Positions 13,488 through 27,043 of a stretch of 64,000 nucleotides of DNA are shown here, one piece after another. The translations under genes and the position numbers were made by a program. Below the pieces are notes generated by a model. It made no database searches and was not told the origin of the DNA. It was given only the letters and a program-made list of their open reading frames with translations. The stretch comes from Basidiobolus meristosporus CBS 931.73 (lineage: Eukaryota; Fungi; Basidiobolomycota), in the NCBI GenBank assembly GCA_002104905.1, contig MCFE01000387.1, positions 19,321 through 83,320 on the forward strand, written 5' to 3'. Within the stretch, counting starts at the first letter, position 1, and every line of letters begins with the position of its first letter.

Positions 13488-13641
13488 CGACCATGGGAAA
13501 GTTTGGCTGTGTTTATTCGTTAGGCTATTAGACATTGTGTTGGTATTTATGCGGTGATTTGGACTTGATGGATGCCCGATCTAGTTTTGTTTATCCTCTC
13601 TATATACTACCGCCCAATCAAGTCCCATCCGATGGCATGGT

Positions 13642-16600
13642 TCACGAAGCGCCAAAGCCTCCGTTATTAAGGATACATAGACATCCACAGCCAGTAGGGC
13701 ACATCTGGTTGCTGCTAAACCAGTCACGTATGTGGTTGCTGTGGCCACCATGGAGACAGAGTAGACAGAAATTGGTCAAGCCTAGTGGGAGTTGACGATG
13801 GCCATTAGCAGGGTGTAAAGAAATTGGATGATTTGAATCGCTACCTTTTACAGTTACTCGACATATGACACATTTCAATCCCGCCCGTTTTCTATCGCAG
13901 ATAAAGCATTTGCTACCAGGTGGAAGCTCTTTGTTGCACTCGGAGCAGTAGGTTGCAAATTCTGGAGAAGAGTTTCAATAAGATGAGTATATGGTCCAAA
14001 AAACACAACCACGAACCAAGTCCGATTTGTCTACTCTCCGCTCGAATCAGTGAGTTCCAGGGCTTGTGGATGGCAATGAATTTGAGGACCTCTGCTCGCG
14101 CATCCAACAGCCCCCAACGATAAAGCGTTTCCGCGTATGCAAGACGATAGCAGTCGTAGCGAGCGCCTAACGCAGGATCCAAGAGTGTAACTTTGGCTGG
14201 GCTAATATTGTGTTGAATGGTTTGGTTAGTAGCTATGCATTGAGCGATGTATCTAACAGCTTGTACCGTTTGTCCTCGTCGAATTCATCTTCATTCATCA
14301 TGACAACCTTGACCGTCTCGATAGGTACTATGCTGGGGGCCGGTCTTCGTTTGAACACAGATAACGAGGAGCTAAGGTTGTCGTAGTTTAGTGATCCCCG
14401 GCGGCTTCTGTTGCCCAAAAAGGGCGTATACATGGGTTGGTTGTATGCAGACATGGTAGAGTCCTTTCTAAATGGATGTAACGGTCCATTGCTAGCTGCA
14501 CTGCTTCCACCACCACTTCCAATTCCCGGAGGGACATGACTTTGACTTGAAAGCGCACCACGAGGGGTCATAAAGCTCTGTACTAAAAAGTAGGGAAAAT
14601 CAACATTAGCTTCGCTATAATACATCAAATGAAGTAGGGGCTGTTTAGAACCTTCGTACTGCTGGTATCCTCGAGGCGAGTCATCTAAGGTTGGGTAGGC
14701 TGGTCGACTGGAGAATTGGGATGAAAGAGAGCTCGATCGAGGTATCTTGGCAGGAACAGTAAACGGAGTTCTCAAAATATGATCTATAGCGGAGTTTCCA
14801 TTGCTATCGCCCCAAGAAGGGTTGTTGAAATTGGACCGGTAGCTTCTGATGTTAAAGTAATCCGTAGATCCCAGCAGATCCGGCTATATCAATGGAAGTA
14901 AGGATAAATCTCCCAAAAAAATACTCATTGATGAGCGTTACCTGTGCACGTTCCAGTACCATGTTGTCTCGTGGTGGGAATGGTTGTGAGAATACGCACG
15001 CCAAAAGCGCAAGAGTTTGAATGTCCCCTAGTTTCTCAAAGTGTTGCATCCTTTCCAAATCTAAATGTTAGAATCCATTTTGAAGAACCCCAAGTAGACT
15101 TAACCTACAGACTCTGGACCATAACCCGTCCAAATGGGTGTCCTCCCCAGCCAGACATTTCCAAAATTCTCTTGCCGTCAATGAGAGAGCTCATGCTTTC
15201 ATGCGCCCTCTCCTCATCTAGTAGACCTTGTATTTTGGCAGGGTTCTCTACGCTGCCGACGCACTCGGTTAATATCAAAGCCGCCAATGACCAGACCTTA
15301 AACAGATCATCTCTGTTATGCGCAAGCGCTGCCTTCGCGTTGTGTCGGCATACTTTGACGGGGTCATCACCGAGTAAACTAAGAGGTATGAGTATACGAG
15401 TGGGGGAGCGCAAAGCTATCAAGACACAACTAACGTGTAATGTGGAGCCAGTTCCCGATTGATTGGTAATAGCCCACTCACATCCATCGTGCTAACAAAG
15501 TTTCCAGAACTTTGTTGCTTTGCACCTGGATAGAGTGCAACATCACCCGGTGTCTCAGCGGTGGATATACCCCTGGTAGGTTGTAAATTCTACAGATGTC
15601 GTATGGTTAGTTGGAGAGAAAACGCACTGTTCAGATCCGGGGTTACCTTTGGTTTGAAAAATAGTGACGGAATAGTCAACAGCTCGTCTTCATCTTGGTC
15701 CTGGTCTTCGTATGGTGTATCTTCTTCCAATCTACGAGTGGTGATGCGCTTTGGTAATCTCGACACAGCCTTGAATTGTTCTAGCGAATCATAGGAGCGT
15801 GGGTGTACGTATGTGTACGAGGACTTCATACTACTCTTCGACTTTCCAGGTTTTGATCCCATTGTCCCCAGATTGGGCAAGCGCAATGAAGAGAAAAAGT
15901 AGACGAGTTTGTCTTACTTTCGGTTAGTGGTGAATTCAACGGCAGTTCTGGATACATTATGCTTACCGTTCCCGGTGAATACTGCACCACACATGCGCGG
16001 AAACGGGACACTCTGGTCATCTTTGTCAGCAATCACTGACGCCAGCCTTCTGCCCTCACGGTGCTGTATAGATTCGTCATCAGAATCATCCATGTTAAGT
16101 TTATCCATGCTATCATCTGGGAACGTTTCTCCCAAAAGGAAGCTGATGCATTCATCAAGGCAAGATGTCTTGTGGGGCACGTGAGCGGCAGAGATCTGTT
16201 GTAATTGCTAATAAAAAACCGACTTCAGTCATAGTCCACAGGGTGATAATGTTCTCAAAAGGGAGATACCTCCAGAAGATGAGCCAGACTCGAGTCCTGC
16301 AATACCCCAGTTTTTTGAATGTCGAACAAAGGCGGCGTATCGTCGGGATAGTCAGTAGGGAACGTGATGTTTACTCGTAAAAACGCCGAACCATTGTCAG
16401 ACCAGGGGCCATTAAGTGTGAGAGTACATGTACGATTGGTCAAGTTAATCTTCTCAAACTTGACCAGGTCTTGATACTTCTTAGATATCCAAGCAAACTC
16501 TTCTGCCAGGTTGTGTGGATTGCCGGAAAACACCTCACTATCTTCGCCACCTGCTTTTAGCATACGTACGCCTTGCATCCAGCCTAGGGGCGACATTGAG

Positions 16601-18402
16601 CGTCTTTCTCGGTGGAGTATTGAGCTTGTATTTCCGGGTGAAAATCCGGCGGTACCACGAGTTAAGGCTGCTAAGGTTGAAGGGCGTATGACCGAAAATG
16701 TAGGACCGATATTCCGCTCATGGCCATGGCCAGCAAAATACGAAGACAACGGCGGAGAAACAACATGCCCTGAGCTTCCTCTGCCACTTCCTTGTCTGTA
16801 GGAAACAGTCTGCGCATTTAGCGTAATGGGAGAGACAGGCTGGGAGACAGCAGATTTATGACCTACAGCCTGGAGAGCAGCTAAGTATATAAACGATTGG
16901 TTGCCATTTCAGCACCTCTTACTTACAACGAAGTTGGGATCATCGATGGGCCATAGTCGGAGGTGTTGATCATTTGACCAACTCACTAACTGAAATTCCC
17001 GAAAATCTTGAAAGGTTTCTTCATGTTAGACAACAGTGGAATTGGGTGCGAAACAACAATCTACCTTTATCGCCCATCGTGTCGCCTCGAATGCGCCATA
17101 CAAACTCTCGAATGGTGTCTGTGTGGCCCTCGAACTTACATACAGGTTTGCTGAGGTCGCTACGGCTCCACATATACAGGCTGGGGTCACCGCGTTGCGG
17201 CATCGTAATAATACCGTCTCCGAATGGCTGGTTGATTTCAAGAAATGTTAGAAATAACATTTCATACCCGGATTTATGAAAGTACAAGTACTGACTGTAA
17301 ATCTTGCCCGACGTATAGGTGAATTCGTAGTGATGGTTCCGCGACATACGGATGGATCATCGATGTTCCAGATCTAACAAAACGTTCGTTCCATGCGATA
17401 AGGATGGAACGTCCCAAGGTTTCTTCACTCATTAATAAGCTTACCTTGACGGTCTTGTCTAAACCGCACGTTAATATTTCCTTCGGGTTGTGTGTGTTCC
17501 AGTTAATGCCGAAAATTCGATTGTTTTGGGGCGAAAACTTTATAACTGGTTCGGTTCCTTTCTAGAAGACATCAGCAATCGATTAATAACCATCTTTCAC
17601 CAAAATAATGATGGATACGTGCTCTGCAATCCCATATGTTAAGCTCTGTTTCATGCGAGGAAGCGATCATATATTCGTTGTTTGGGTTGAAGTCAATCTG
17701 TGTAGCACCAGCTTCGTTGTAGATGTTATTATTTGTCCCTAGTAAACGTGGCAGCTATGTTCGTATTGTACCTGTCCATGCGCAAAATGACTGGCTTGGC
17801 TTGGAAGGGGTTCTCAAATCCCATATATGTACAAAAGTATCGATTGAGGAGGTTCCGAGAAGCTGTGGATCAATCGGGGACCAAGAAACATCGGTGATGG
17901 CTCTCGAATGACCATGCAGAACATATTCGATAGATCTTGGTGCTGATGAGGCCACATTCCAAACAAGCGTTTTTTGGTTGGCCTGTGTGGTTAACAATAC
18001 AGTGAACAATAATTCGTGGCAATCTGATGTTATAAATGAGTACCGTGGAGACAATCCAAGTATCTCGAGAATTATGGGGATTCCACATAACATCTGCCAC
18101 ATCCCATCGGGAATAATGGTGAATGACTCTAGGCGGCTTATAAGGCGTTTCCAAGTCCAATATGTACAATCCTACACGACTTTCACATATTTATCAGCAC
18201 TGAGAACCTGAAACAAATTACGAAGCAACAACACCCACGAGGCGAGCACTATATCTCGGCCAGACGGTGATATGGACATATTCCTGACTGGCGTATCAAT
18301 GCGTATGGAAAGCTGTTGATAAAAAGAGGACACTGCCGACGAACTTTTTCGCCTAAACGGGGGCTCCTCCAATACCGGTTGTTTTAGTTCCTCCACTGTC
18401 AT
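13642..18402 (-). CDS. WDR59: GATOR2/SEACAT subunit WDR59 (Mtc5/Sea3): WD40 + RWD + C-terminal RING, many exons
   Basis: N-terminal SISPSGRDIVLA, YILDLETPY, WNPH, LHGHSRAITD, FEGHTDTIREFVWR; RWD-like FLRVNITFPTDYP; C-terminal CVICRVTVKG...CLLCLHGGHSNHIRDWF...CPTGCGCLC. Confidence 0.9.
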
Positions 18403-18914
18403 TTCTCGCCTTTATGATGTGTGTTCCTCCTATTAAAATCTTGCAATAATCCAGCTATCAGGGCATTAACGTATAGAGCAAGGTGACTGGGAATTCGTTT
18501 TAATAGTAGAGCCGTATCCACGTGATGAAAGTATTTTATCCACACATCCATTAGATGTCGAGAAATAATCTCGTTGGAAATAATTCCTCACAATATTAGC
18601 GAACCCCCGCAAATAGAAGATAAACATTGCCTGCCAGAAGTACGCACTAATCACGAAGGCGATCTTGGATACATATTCAATAAGCCTCCATAGCCCAGAG
18701 TCGATTCATTTCATGAATACTAGGATTATGATTTGTGAAATTTATTTTTACACGGACAACATAATGAGCCCAATACTGCAAGAAATCTGCTACATTTTCC
18801 GATTCGGACTTGGCGAACGAATTATACAAAACTCATTCAATACAGAAGACGAACATCACTACTACGTACTAATTCTAATGGGGTTGTAATGGCACGTTTT
18901 GTGCAGCCGAAGGT

Positions 18915-19527
18915 TTAGAAATCCAAGTCGGCAGCTTCGGTATCCATTCCGGTGTGCATGTCAACAAACTCGGCACCACCAGCAGCTCTGGCTTCTTGTT
19001 CCGCACGAGCGCGAGTTAGATCATACTATATTTTCGACCATTGTTGAGTTTATGAAGCACGTAACAGGTAACCTGGATCAAGTGCTTACCTCAAACCTTT
19101 GTCTAATAGTTCCGTATTCCCCGATCAATTCGTTGATGGCATCTGACAGGGCAGCGACTGGGGTTGTTTCGGGTGTAGTTTGGATTTTCAGTTGGAAAAG
19201 ATGTTCCAATGGATGTGGGGCCTTGTAGCCAGCGAACAATACACGGGGATCTTTTAGAAGTTGGCTACACGAGATACATATTATTAGATATAGCTCCAGC
19301 TAAGCATCAATCCTTCACTGGCACTTACAAGCGCAAAATATTTGCTAAAGTGTGATCTTCCTTTTGGATCGTAATAGTCGCGGCATTGGGAATTTTGTTA
19401 TCAGGCTCTACCGAAACCCTACAAAACGAAGTAAGAATCACGGGAGAAAATTTTCAGAGTCTGGAGGCAAGTACTTTTTAACGCCCTCTGGAAGAATAAA
19501 TAATTCGAAACGATCTGGTGCGTTCAT
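18915..19527 (-). CDS. RPB11: RNA polymerase II subunit RPB11 (4 exons; not in the ORF track)
   Basis: Manual reverse-strand splice: MNAPDRFELFILPEGVKK / VSVEPDNKIPNAATITIQKEDHTLANILR / QLLKDPRVLFAGYKAPHPLEH... / YDLTRARAEQE...; canonical GT-AG introns. Confidence 0.95.
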
Positions 19528-20150
19528 TGTAGTAGTGAAGTTGTCTGGGAAGAGTTAATACACTCTTTAGGAAAACCTTATTGCTGGGATGATATCGAAA
19601 TATATCGTGATTATTCAATCGAAATCATGTTAAATGTTGAGTAAAATTTTGTGATGGTCATTATTGAGATAAAAATGAGCCTATAAACAATACTACGTTT
19701 AAGCAGAGAGCAACTTTCAACAAGCATCCGCTTTTGATAAACCACTTCCATTGGCATGTTTTCCTTCGTGATATTACTTGATTGTTACAAATACTTCATA
19801 TTCTGGAGATATAATAACATCATTCAGAGTATAAGTAACTCTCAGAAAACAGTATTGCTTTATGATAATATGTCTGATGGCGAAGTTCAAAGTACATGTG
19901 CCAACATATATTGTGAATTTCCCTCAAAGACTTGGTTGTGCTAGACATTGAACATGAATACAAATATGTGTAATCGTTAAAACACATTCAGTTGTATTGA
20001 CCACGTTGACTTGTTGGATACTATATGATGTAAAATCTGGTGATAATGGGTCACTGAAGCTCATATATATCGAAGTTGATCAAAGCGAATGTCATTAAGT
20101 CAAAGATTCCGCAGGTGGGTGTTCACCATGAAGAATACGTGCGCTCACAT

Positions 20151-21171
20151 TCAATCAATCTGGATAGATTGCTTGGGTGGTCCGTCTTCAATTTGGACAA
20201 CTCCGTTGATCTCAGTTTGTGAGTGTCCATTGGGAAAAACGGTTGTGGTTGTTACGTTGCCCTGAACACACACATTATTAGTAGTTATTTCTACGTTGCT
20301 GCTGCAATGAAATGGCAAGTTACCTGGGCATCGGTTGTTCGTGTTACGGTCGTTCTCTGGCCGTTTACGATACGAGTTGAAGTTGACGACGATACTCCCC
20401 CACCGTTGAAGGATCCAAAATTACCGAACGAGGAGAAGTTAGAGAACGAGTTGTCGAACCCAGAGTTGTGGAATCCGTTCATTGGAAAGGGCGGCTGAAA
20501 CGCATTTCCAAAGAAACCGTTGTTCATCCCCCCAAAGGGGGCCATGGGTTGCGCAAAAAAGGGATCTCTGCCAAACATGCCACCATCTGTGTAACCCGGT
20601 TAGTAAAGCCTCGCGCTCCCTATTTTGTTGAAGCAACTTACGGTTTCCAAAAAAGTTGGCGAACGGATCCTGGCCATTGAAGAAAGTTCTGAAGATTTCG
20701 TCAGGAGAATGGAACTATTCAAACACGATTAGAAGCACCCCAGAAGTTGATTAGTGAGTTCAAAAATACCTGGAAGCCACCAGAGAAACCTGGGTTTGTA
20801 CCATATCCACCAGATGAGCCCCCATTTTTGAGGCCTTGCTCTCCTACATAGCAATATTTAGCGCACTGAATGTACTAGAAGAAATTCTGGAACTTACCGT
20901 AGCGATCATAGATAGCACGCTTCTCCGCTATACAAAAAATGGGTCAATGCAAGGGTTTACGTGAATAAAAATAAATGGCGACAATACCATCTCCCAGCAC
21001 TTCGTATGCTTCTGCCAGTAGTTTGAACTTATGCTCTGCTTCTTCCTTGCGATCTAGATTTCTATCTGGGTGCCACTGCAAAGAACCCTTACGATAGGCT
21101 TTTTTGATGTCGTTTTCAGTGGCATCTACAGAGACGTTGAGGATTTCGTAGTATCTGGTTTCAATTGCCAT
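20151..21171 (-). CDS. Class B J-domain protein (DNAJB6-like: J domain, G/F region, S/T-rich beta C-terminus)
   Basis: YYEILNV...WHPD...[12 protein letters not shown]; G/F-rich middle; C-terminal [21 protein letters not shown]. Confidence 0.85.
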
Positions 21172-22122
21172 GGCTACTATGAATTACGAGTGTAAATTAC
21201 AAAGGATAAGCGACATGTAGGGCACAGAGGTAATGTTATCCTTAAACAACAAATGCTGCAATGACATCACAGTCGCAATCACCATGCAATCAATCCTGTA
21301 TCAGGAATGAAGGCAATCAATGCCGGCTTCAATATTATTGGCTAGTAGAAATATACGGATCAAGTGGCATTTAACCTTGACAGTCCAAATTCTCGATACG
21401 CACCCACACTTTGAAAAGCAGGCCGGCAAATGTAAATGTGGAGCCCCTCCCCAATATTCCCCACCAATCCTCTAACACAACATCGGAGCAGAAAGTATAA
21501 CCAAATGATATTAAACTACGCATTGATTTGTAGGTATTATAAGCAACATTTCCCAACAGTTCAGGGAACAGATTCATCCCGTTATTATTTATATGATTCC
21601 CGAGATAAATGCTGGACTTGGAGACCTGCTGCTGGCGACAAGATCAAGATGAAGATGGAGTATGACCAATACTGACGCCTCCATCAGGGCCAATGGGAGT
21701 TCAAGCTCATTTTTCGTCACATGGGGATTTTGGAAATGATCATTGTGAGTCACTACTTCCATGCTCCAGGTGTGGTAACAGCCGATTAATACGTTTCACG
21801 AGAAGGGCTTTCGAAGAGGAACCGGTATATTTATATTCATTTGTGTTCAGAGGAGTAGGCTGATTGTACTAGGCAGTGGCCAACATGCGTTCCACATATA
21901 GTACGGGATTAGCTTTGACAAACTATCAAGCCACATGACTCAAGAATCATGAGTTCCTTTCTTGGGTATAGCCTTTGATTATCAGTGCTGGTCATTGTGA
22001 TTTGCATAATATTCTGCAAAATGCTACTTATTACTGGGTCTCGAGAGAGTACTTAAATTCAGCACCCCCACTGATTTATCAACCATTCTTGACCTTTATA
22101 CAATCTCTGTTGTAACTGCGTC

Positions 22123-24222
22123 ATGTCGCACCTTACTTCTATTCTAAATTCAACAAAATGTTGCAACCTGTCTCAGACCGCCAAAAGGTATGTTCAGTTT
22201 TGGATTCCAGCAATCTGGCTCCTCATTAAAGTGTGCCTTTTGCAATTCAGAGCGTGCTGTGCCTTGCCTACAGCTATCTCTAGCACCACTCGTGCCTACT
22301 CTTCAGACAGCAAGCCCATCAACAGGTTCAGCGCCAAAATTACCCAGCCCAAATCCCAAGGCGCCTCTCAAGCTATGCGTATGTATCCCCTTCAATACGC
22401 TCAAGTAACCCGATCCAATATCAATTATACGTTGCTCTAGTTTATGCAACCGGTCTCCAGCCTGAAGATATGAACAAGGCACAAGTTGGTATTTCCAGCG
22501 TGTGAGTACATGTCCCTTTTTGTTATGACAGCATGGTTATTAAATTCCTATTCATCTTAGCTGGTATGAGGGAAATCCATGCAACATGCACCTTATGGAT
22601 TTGGCCAAAGTCGTGAAGGACGGAGTCGCACAAGCCGGACTTATTGGATATCGTTTTAACACCATCGGTGTAAGTGATGGTATCAGTATGGGGACCAGAG
22701 GCATGTCATACTCTCTACAATCTAGAGATATTATTGCTGATTCCATTGAAACCGTCATGAACGGACAATGGTATGATGCCAACATCTCCCTTCCCGGTAA
22801 GCATTTCCCGTTTTTGTATCCTGGCTACTTTGGCTGACGTCTAGCTAGGCTGTGATAAGAACATGCCCGGTTGTTTGATTGCCATGGCCCGCGTCAACCG
22901 CCCCTCATTGGTAGTTTATGGTGGAACCATCAAACCTGGTAAATCTGGTTGTGGTGGTGGCTCCCTTGATATCGTTTCTGCATTCCAATGCTATGGCCAA
23001 TATCTTGCCGGTTCTATTACTGAAGAGCAACGCAGTGACATCGTCAGAAATGCCTGTCCTGGTGCTGGTGCTTGCGGAGGAATGTACACTGCTAACACAA
23101 GTAATATGATTGTATATGTAGTTTTCTGATAGCGCAATATGCTAAACCTTTACTTTAGTGGCCAGTGCTATTGAAGCTATGGGAATGTGCCTTCCTTACA
23201 GCTCCTCCACCCCTGCTGAGTACCCTGAGAAACTTCAAGAATGTCTTCAGGCCGGTGCTGCTATCCGCAACCTTTTAGAGAATGATATCAAGCCTAGAGA
23301 TATTATGACCAGAGAGGCCTTTGAGAACGCCATTACTTTGATCATGGCATTGGGTGGCTCTACCAACGCTGTTCTGCACTTGATTGCTGTTGCTAGAGCT
23401 TGCAATGTAGAGTTAACTATTGATGACTTCCAGAAGATCAGTGACAAAACTCCATTCATTGCCGATTTGAAGCCAAGTGGTAAATATGTCATGGAAGACG
23501 TTCATACCATTGGTGGCACACCAGCCATTCTCAAGTACCTGATGGAAGAAGGGTTGATCCACGGTGATTGTTTGACAGTTACCGGAAAGACCCTGAAAGA
23601 AAATCTTGCTGAGGTTCCTGGATTGAAGGAAAATCAAGATGTTATTCTGCCACTTTCCAAGCCCATCAAAGCCACAGGCCATCTCCAAATCCTTCGTGGT
23701 AACCTTGCTCCCGAGGGATCTGTAGCCAAGATCACAGGTAAAGAGGGATTGAGATTTGATGGTACCGCTCGTGTATTCAACTGTGAAGAAGACATGTTGA
23801 GCTCTCTCGAACGTAAGGAGATTCAAAAGGGCGATGTCATCATCATTCGCTACGAAGGTCCAAAGGGTGGACCAGGTATGCCAGAAATGTTAACACCTAC
23901 CAGTGCCATTATGGGTGCTGGTCTTGGTAACGACGTTGCCTTATTGACTGACGGTCGATTCTCTGGTGGAAGTCACGGATTCATTATTGGTCACATCACG
24001 CCCGAGGCTCAAGTCGGTGGACCCATCGCTTTGGTAGAGAACGGCGACAAAGTTACCATTGATGCTGAAACCAAGAAGATGACTGTTCATGTCAGCGATG
24101 AGGTGTTTGCCGAGCGTCGTAGCAAGTGGACGCCTCCCGCCCTGAAAACCAACCGTGGTACTCTTCATAAATACATCAAGAATGTCAAGTCTGCATCTGA
24201 AGGATGTGTTACCGATGAGTAA
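22123..24222 (+). CDS. ILV3: Mitochondrial dihydroxy-acid dehydratase, multi-exon
   Basis: [90 protein letters not shown]. Confidence 0.97.
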
Positions 24223-24701
24223 TTTTTTATGACTCCATCTTCCGAAAGCATAATGGCCAAGCACCCATCCATGATTATTAGTTAACACGTTGTTGATTTT
24301 ATATTTCGGATTCAACATAGCATCTTTCATCACATCCTTCATGTAAACATTTCACCTAATAAACTTATCTAGAAATCCAATACCGCTTACCTGGTCATTG
24401 ATTGGTTGGATAAGGGTGGATTTGCAACCACTCTGGAAAATATAAATGAGGATAAACTCTCCATATCGATCAAGAACAATTCAAATTCCATTACTAAATC
24501 CATGCAGGATAGCACACCAATGGAGCAATGATACGTTGCATCATATATCCTTTGTGACCGGCATTAAAAACCAGCCATAAATTCTTAAAGCTTGTTTGGT
24601 TTGAAGACAATATTTATTGTGTGTATTCAAACAGGATATGGGAATTTAAGAGTATGTATGAAGGCATGCCTTGATTATTTAACTACTTAAGGGCATGTAG
24701 C

Positions 24702-25298
24702 TTATTTGGACATCTATATGAATGGATGGGAGGTATTAGTTTTCGCGCTGAGGAAAGAGGAAGCAATAGTGCCAAGAATACATACCATCATCTTGACGAA
24801 TTCGTCATAGTTGATTTGACCGTCACCATCGACATCAGCTTCGCGGATCATCTCGTCAACCTCCTCATCAGTAAGCTTCTCTCCGAGGTTGGTCATGACG
24901 TGACGGAGTTCGGCAGCAGAGATGAAACCGTTGCCATCTTTGTCGAAAACTTTGAAGGCCTCCTTAATCTCTTCCTCGGAGTCGGTGTCCTTCATCTTGC
25001 GAGCCATCAAGGTCAAGAATTCGGTAAAGTCAATTTGACCGTTGCCGTCGGCATCAATCTCACTGACCATATCTTGTAGCTCGGCCTCAGTTGGGTTTTG
25101 GCCAAGGGAGCGCATGACAGTTCCTAGCTCCTTGGTAGTGATGCTGCCATCACCATCTTTGTCAAAGAGAGAGAAAGCTTCCTTAAATTCGGCAATTTGC
25201 TCTTCGGTAAGTTGGTTGGCCTATAGGATAAGGAGAGCTTAAATCAATACACTGATACAGAGACTGTGGAGGATGACATGGTGGTCAACACATACCAT
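24702..25298 (-). CDS. CMD1: Calmodulin (ATG-only first coding exon, 12-nt last coding exon)
   Basis: ATG|intron|[25 protein letters not shown]...; four EF-hands; final exon ATG TCC AAA TAA. Confidence 0.97.
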
Positions 25299-25902
25299 AG
25301 TGATAGAGAAAAGCAAGAATGGGATTCTACTCTTGCATCATGAGAATGGTAAGCTCTATAAAGGGGACATGTGGGCACATTTCAGACAACAAATCAGCTA
25401 CGTTCAATGTTGGCAGCCCAATCAGAGGGAATTCAGCAAATCTGGTACATAAACTTCGTTCAACTCAAAGCTGCACACTTACGTTGGCTTTGTGAAAGGC
25501 TCAGTAGAATGGAGATATATATGTATAAATGGACATACATTAAAAACTCGATCAATCTCAGCCTAGTTTCAATTGCAATGGTTATGCTGTGGGCACCAAT
25601 TAATGGGGTAAGCCGAAGACACGTACTGTAGGATTTGCCAAAATTATGATGTGCTGACCCGAATCAGATGATCGGAAAATTTTGGAATCGGCTGGCTCAG
25701 AGGGTTGGTGAGGAAGAGTATTGAGATGGGTTCAACAGCCATTGAAATTCCTTCTCCTTCAATTTCTACTTTTGTTGACCACGGTACGTTAGCATATCAT
25801 CAAAGGATGAGATCCATCCAACAAGTAGCCGTAGCTAGTTGGGATCTAAAGGACGAAAATGACAGCGTCAGGACTAACTCTCTTTAAATAAGGATAGCAA
25901 TC

Positions 25903-26437
25903 ATGAACCCCGAAAAACTTGCCAAGCTTCAATCCCAAGTTCGTATTGGTGGTAAGGGTACTCCTCGTCGTAAGGTCAAGAAGGCCACCAAGGCCTCCGG
26001 TACCGACGACAAGAAGCTTCAAGGTGTTATCAAGAAGTTGAACGTCCAACCCATCCCTGCTATTGATGAGGTCAACATGTTCAAGGATGATGGCAAGGTT
26101 CTTCACTTCACCGCTCCCAAGGGTACATATACGCTCCAACAAGATCCACACGAAGTGCCCATGACTAACGACGAATTTATTTATAGTTGCTGCCTCTATC
26201 CAATCCAACACCTTCGTTATCTCCGGAAAGGGTGAGGACAAGGAACTTACTGAGCTTATTCCCGGAATCCTCCACCAACTTGGTCCTGAGTCCCTTGCTT
26301 CCCTTCGCAAGCTCGCTGAAGCTTACCAACAAGCTGAGGGTGCTGCTGGTGCTGCCGAGGATGATGAGGATGTCCCTCAATTGGTTGAGAACTTCGAAGA
26401 GGCTTCCAAGGATGAGGAGAACAAGGAATCTGCTTAA
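25903..26437 (+). CDS. EGD1: Nascent polypeptide-associated complex beta subunit (BTF3), 1 intron
   Basis: [26 protein letters not shown]...[20 protein letters not shown]; second exon gives [33 protein letters not shown]. Confidence 0.95.
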
Positions 26438-27043
26438 ATTAGCATAATTCCGGTCGGCACATTGTTGTTTTATAAAAGCTCATAAAAACCATTTGTAGAT
26501 GCTAATATTGTGCCTAGTTGACCCTTCTTGAAGTAACTCGTCAAATAAATTTGCAATTAGCTCGAGTCTTTATTCATTGGCCATCGCGGCGTGTTGTCAT
26601 TAATGCTCCTTAACGTATAGCCCTCCAATTTGCCAGAATTCAAGTCTCACCTCAGGTATTATTATTTCTATTCTGTCCAGATATATATATACTGCCTTAC
26701 GCCATCATTCAACCGGTGAAGTGGGCATCAACCAATTTAGGAACCAGCCCAAGGAGAGTATATGTACGTGTATTTGATAGCATATATGATGATTGACGTA
26801 TTATGTATAAATATTATGGTGATAACGATTATTTTGGGATATTTCGATTTTTTTGATGTGTGCTTTGCTATGATGTTTATTGCTACAATTGGCTTGTTAT
26901 CCATTTATTGATTTTTATAGCTGGATTCGCAGTGTCCACTCATAGAGTTCTCATATCATCAATATACAAACGAGTCTTGGATTTGAACTCTTCCCCACCC
27001 ACTATCTCCGGCTGCTTTAGGTTTCACATTATTCTGAACTTCA

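Noticed and set aside
13661-13680. GTATCCTT on the minus strand as a U12-type 5' splice site
   Set aside because: Falls inside the WDR59 coding frame (CLCILNN); not an intron boundary.
21436-21860. Short ORFs between the J-protein gene and ILV3
   Set aside because: No consistent splice model or recognisable domain.
24702-25298. Calmodulin gene as a physically linked part of the putative Ca2+/Crz1 repeat-gene system
   Set aside because: It lies ~9 kb away among unrelated housekeeping genes; linkage is most likely coincidental.
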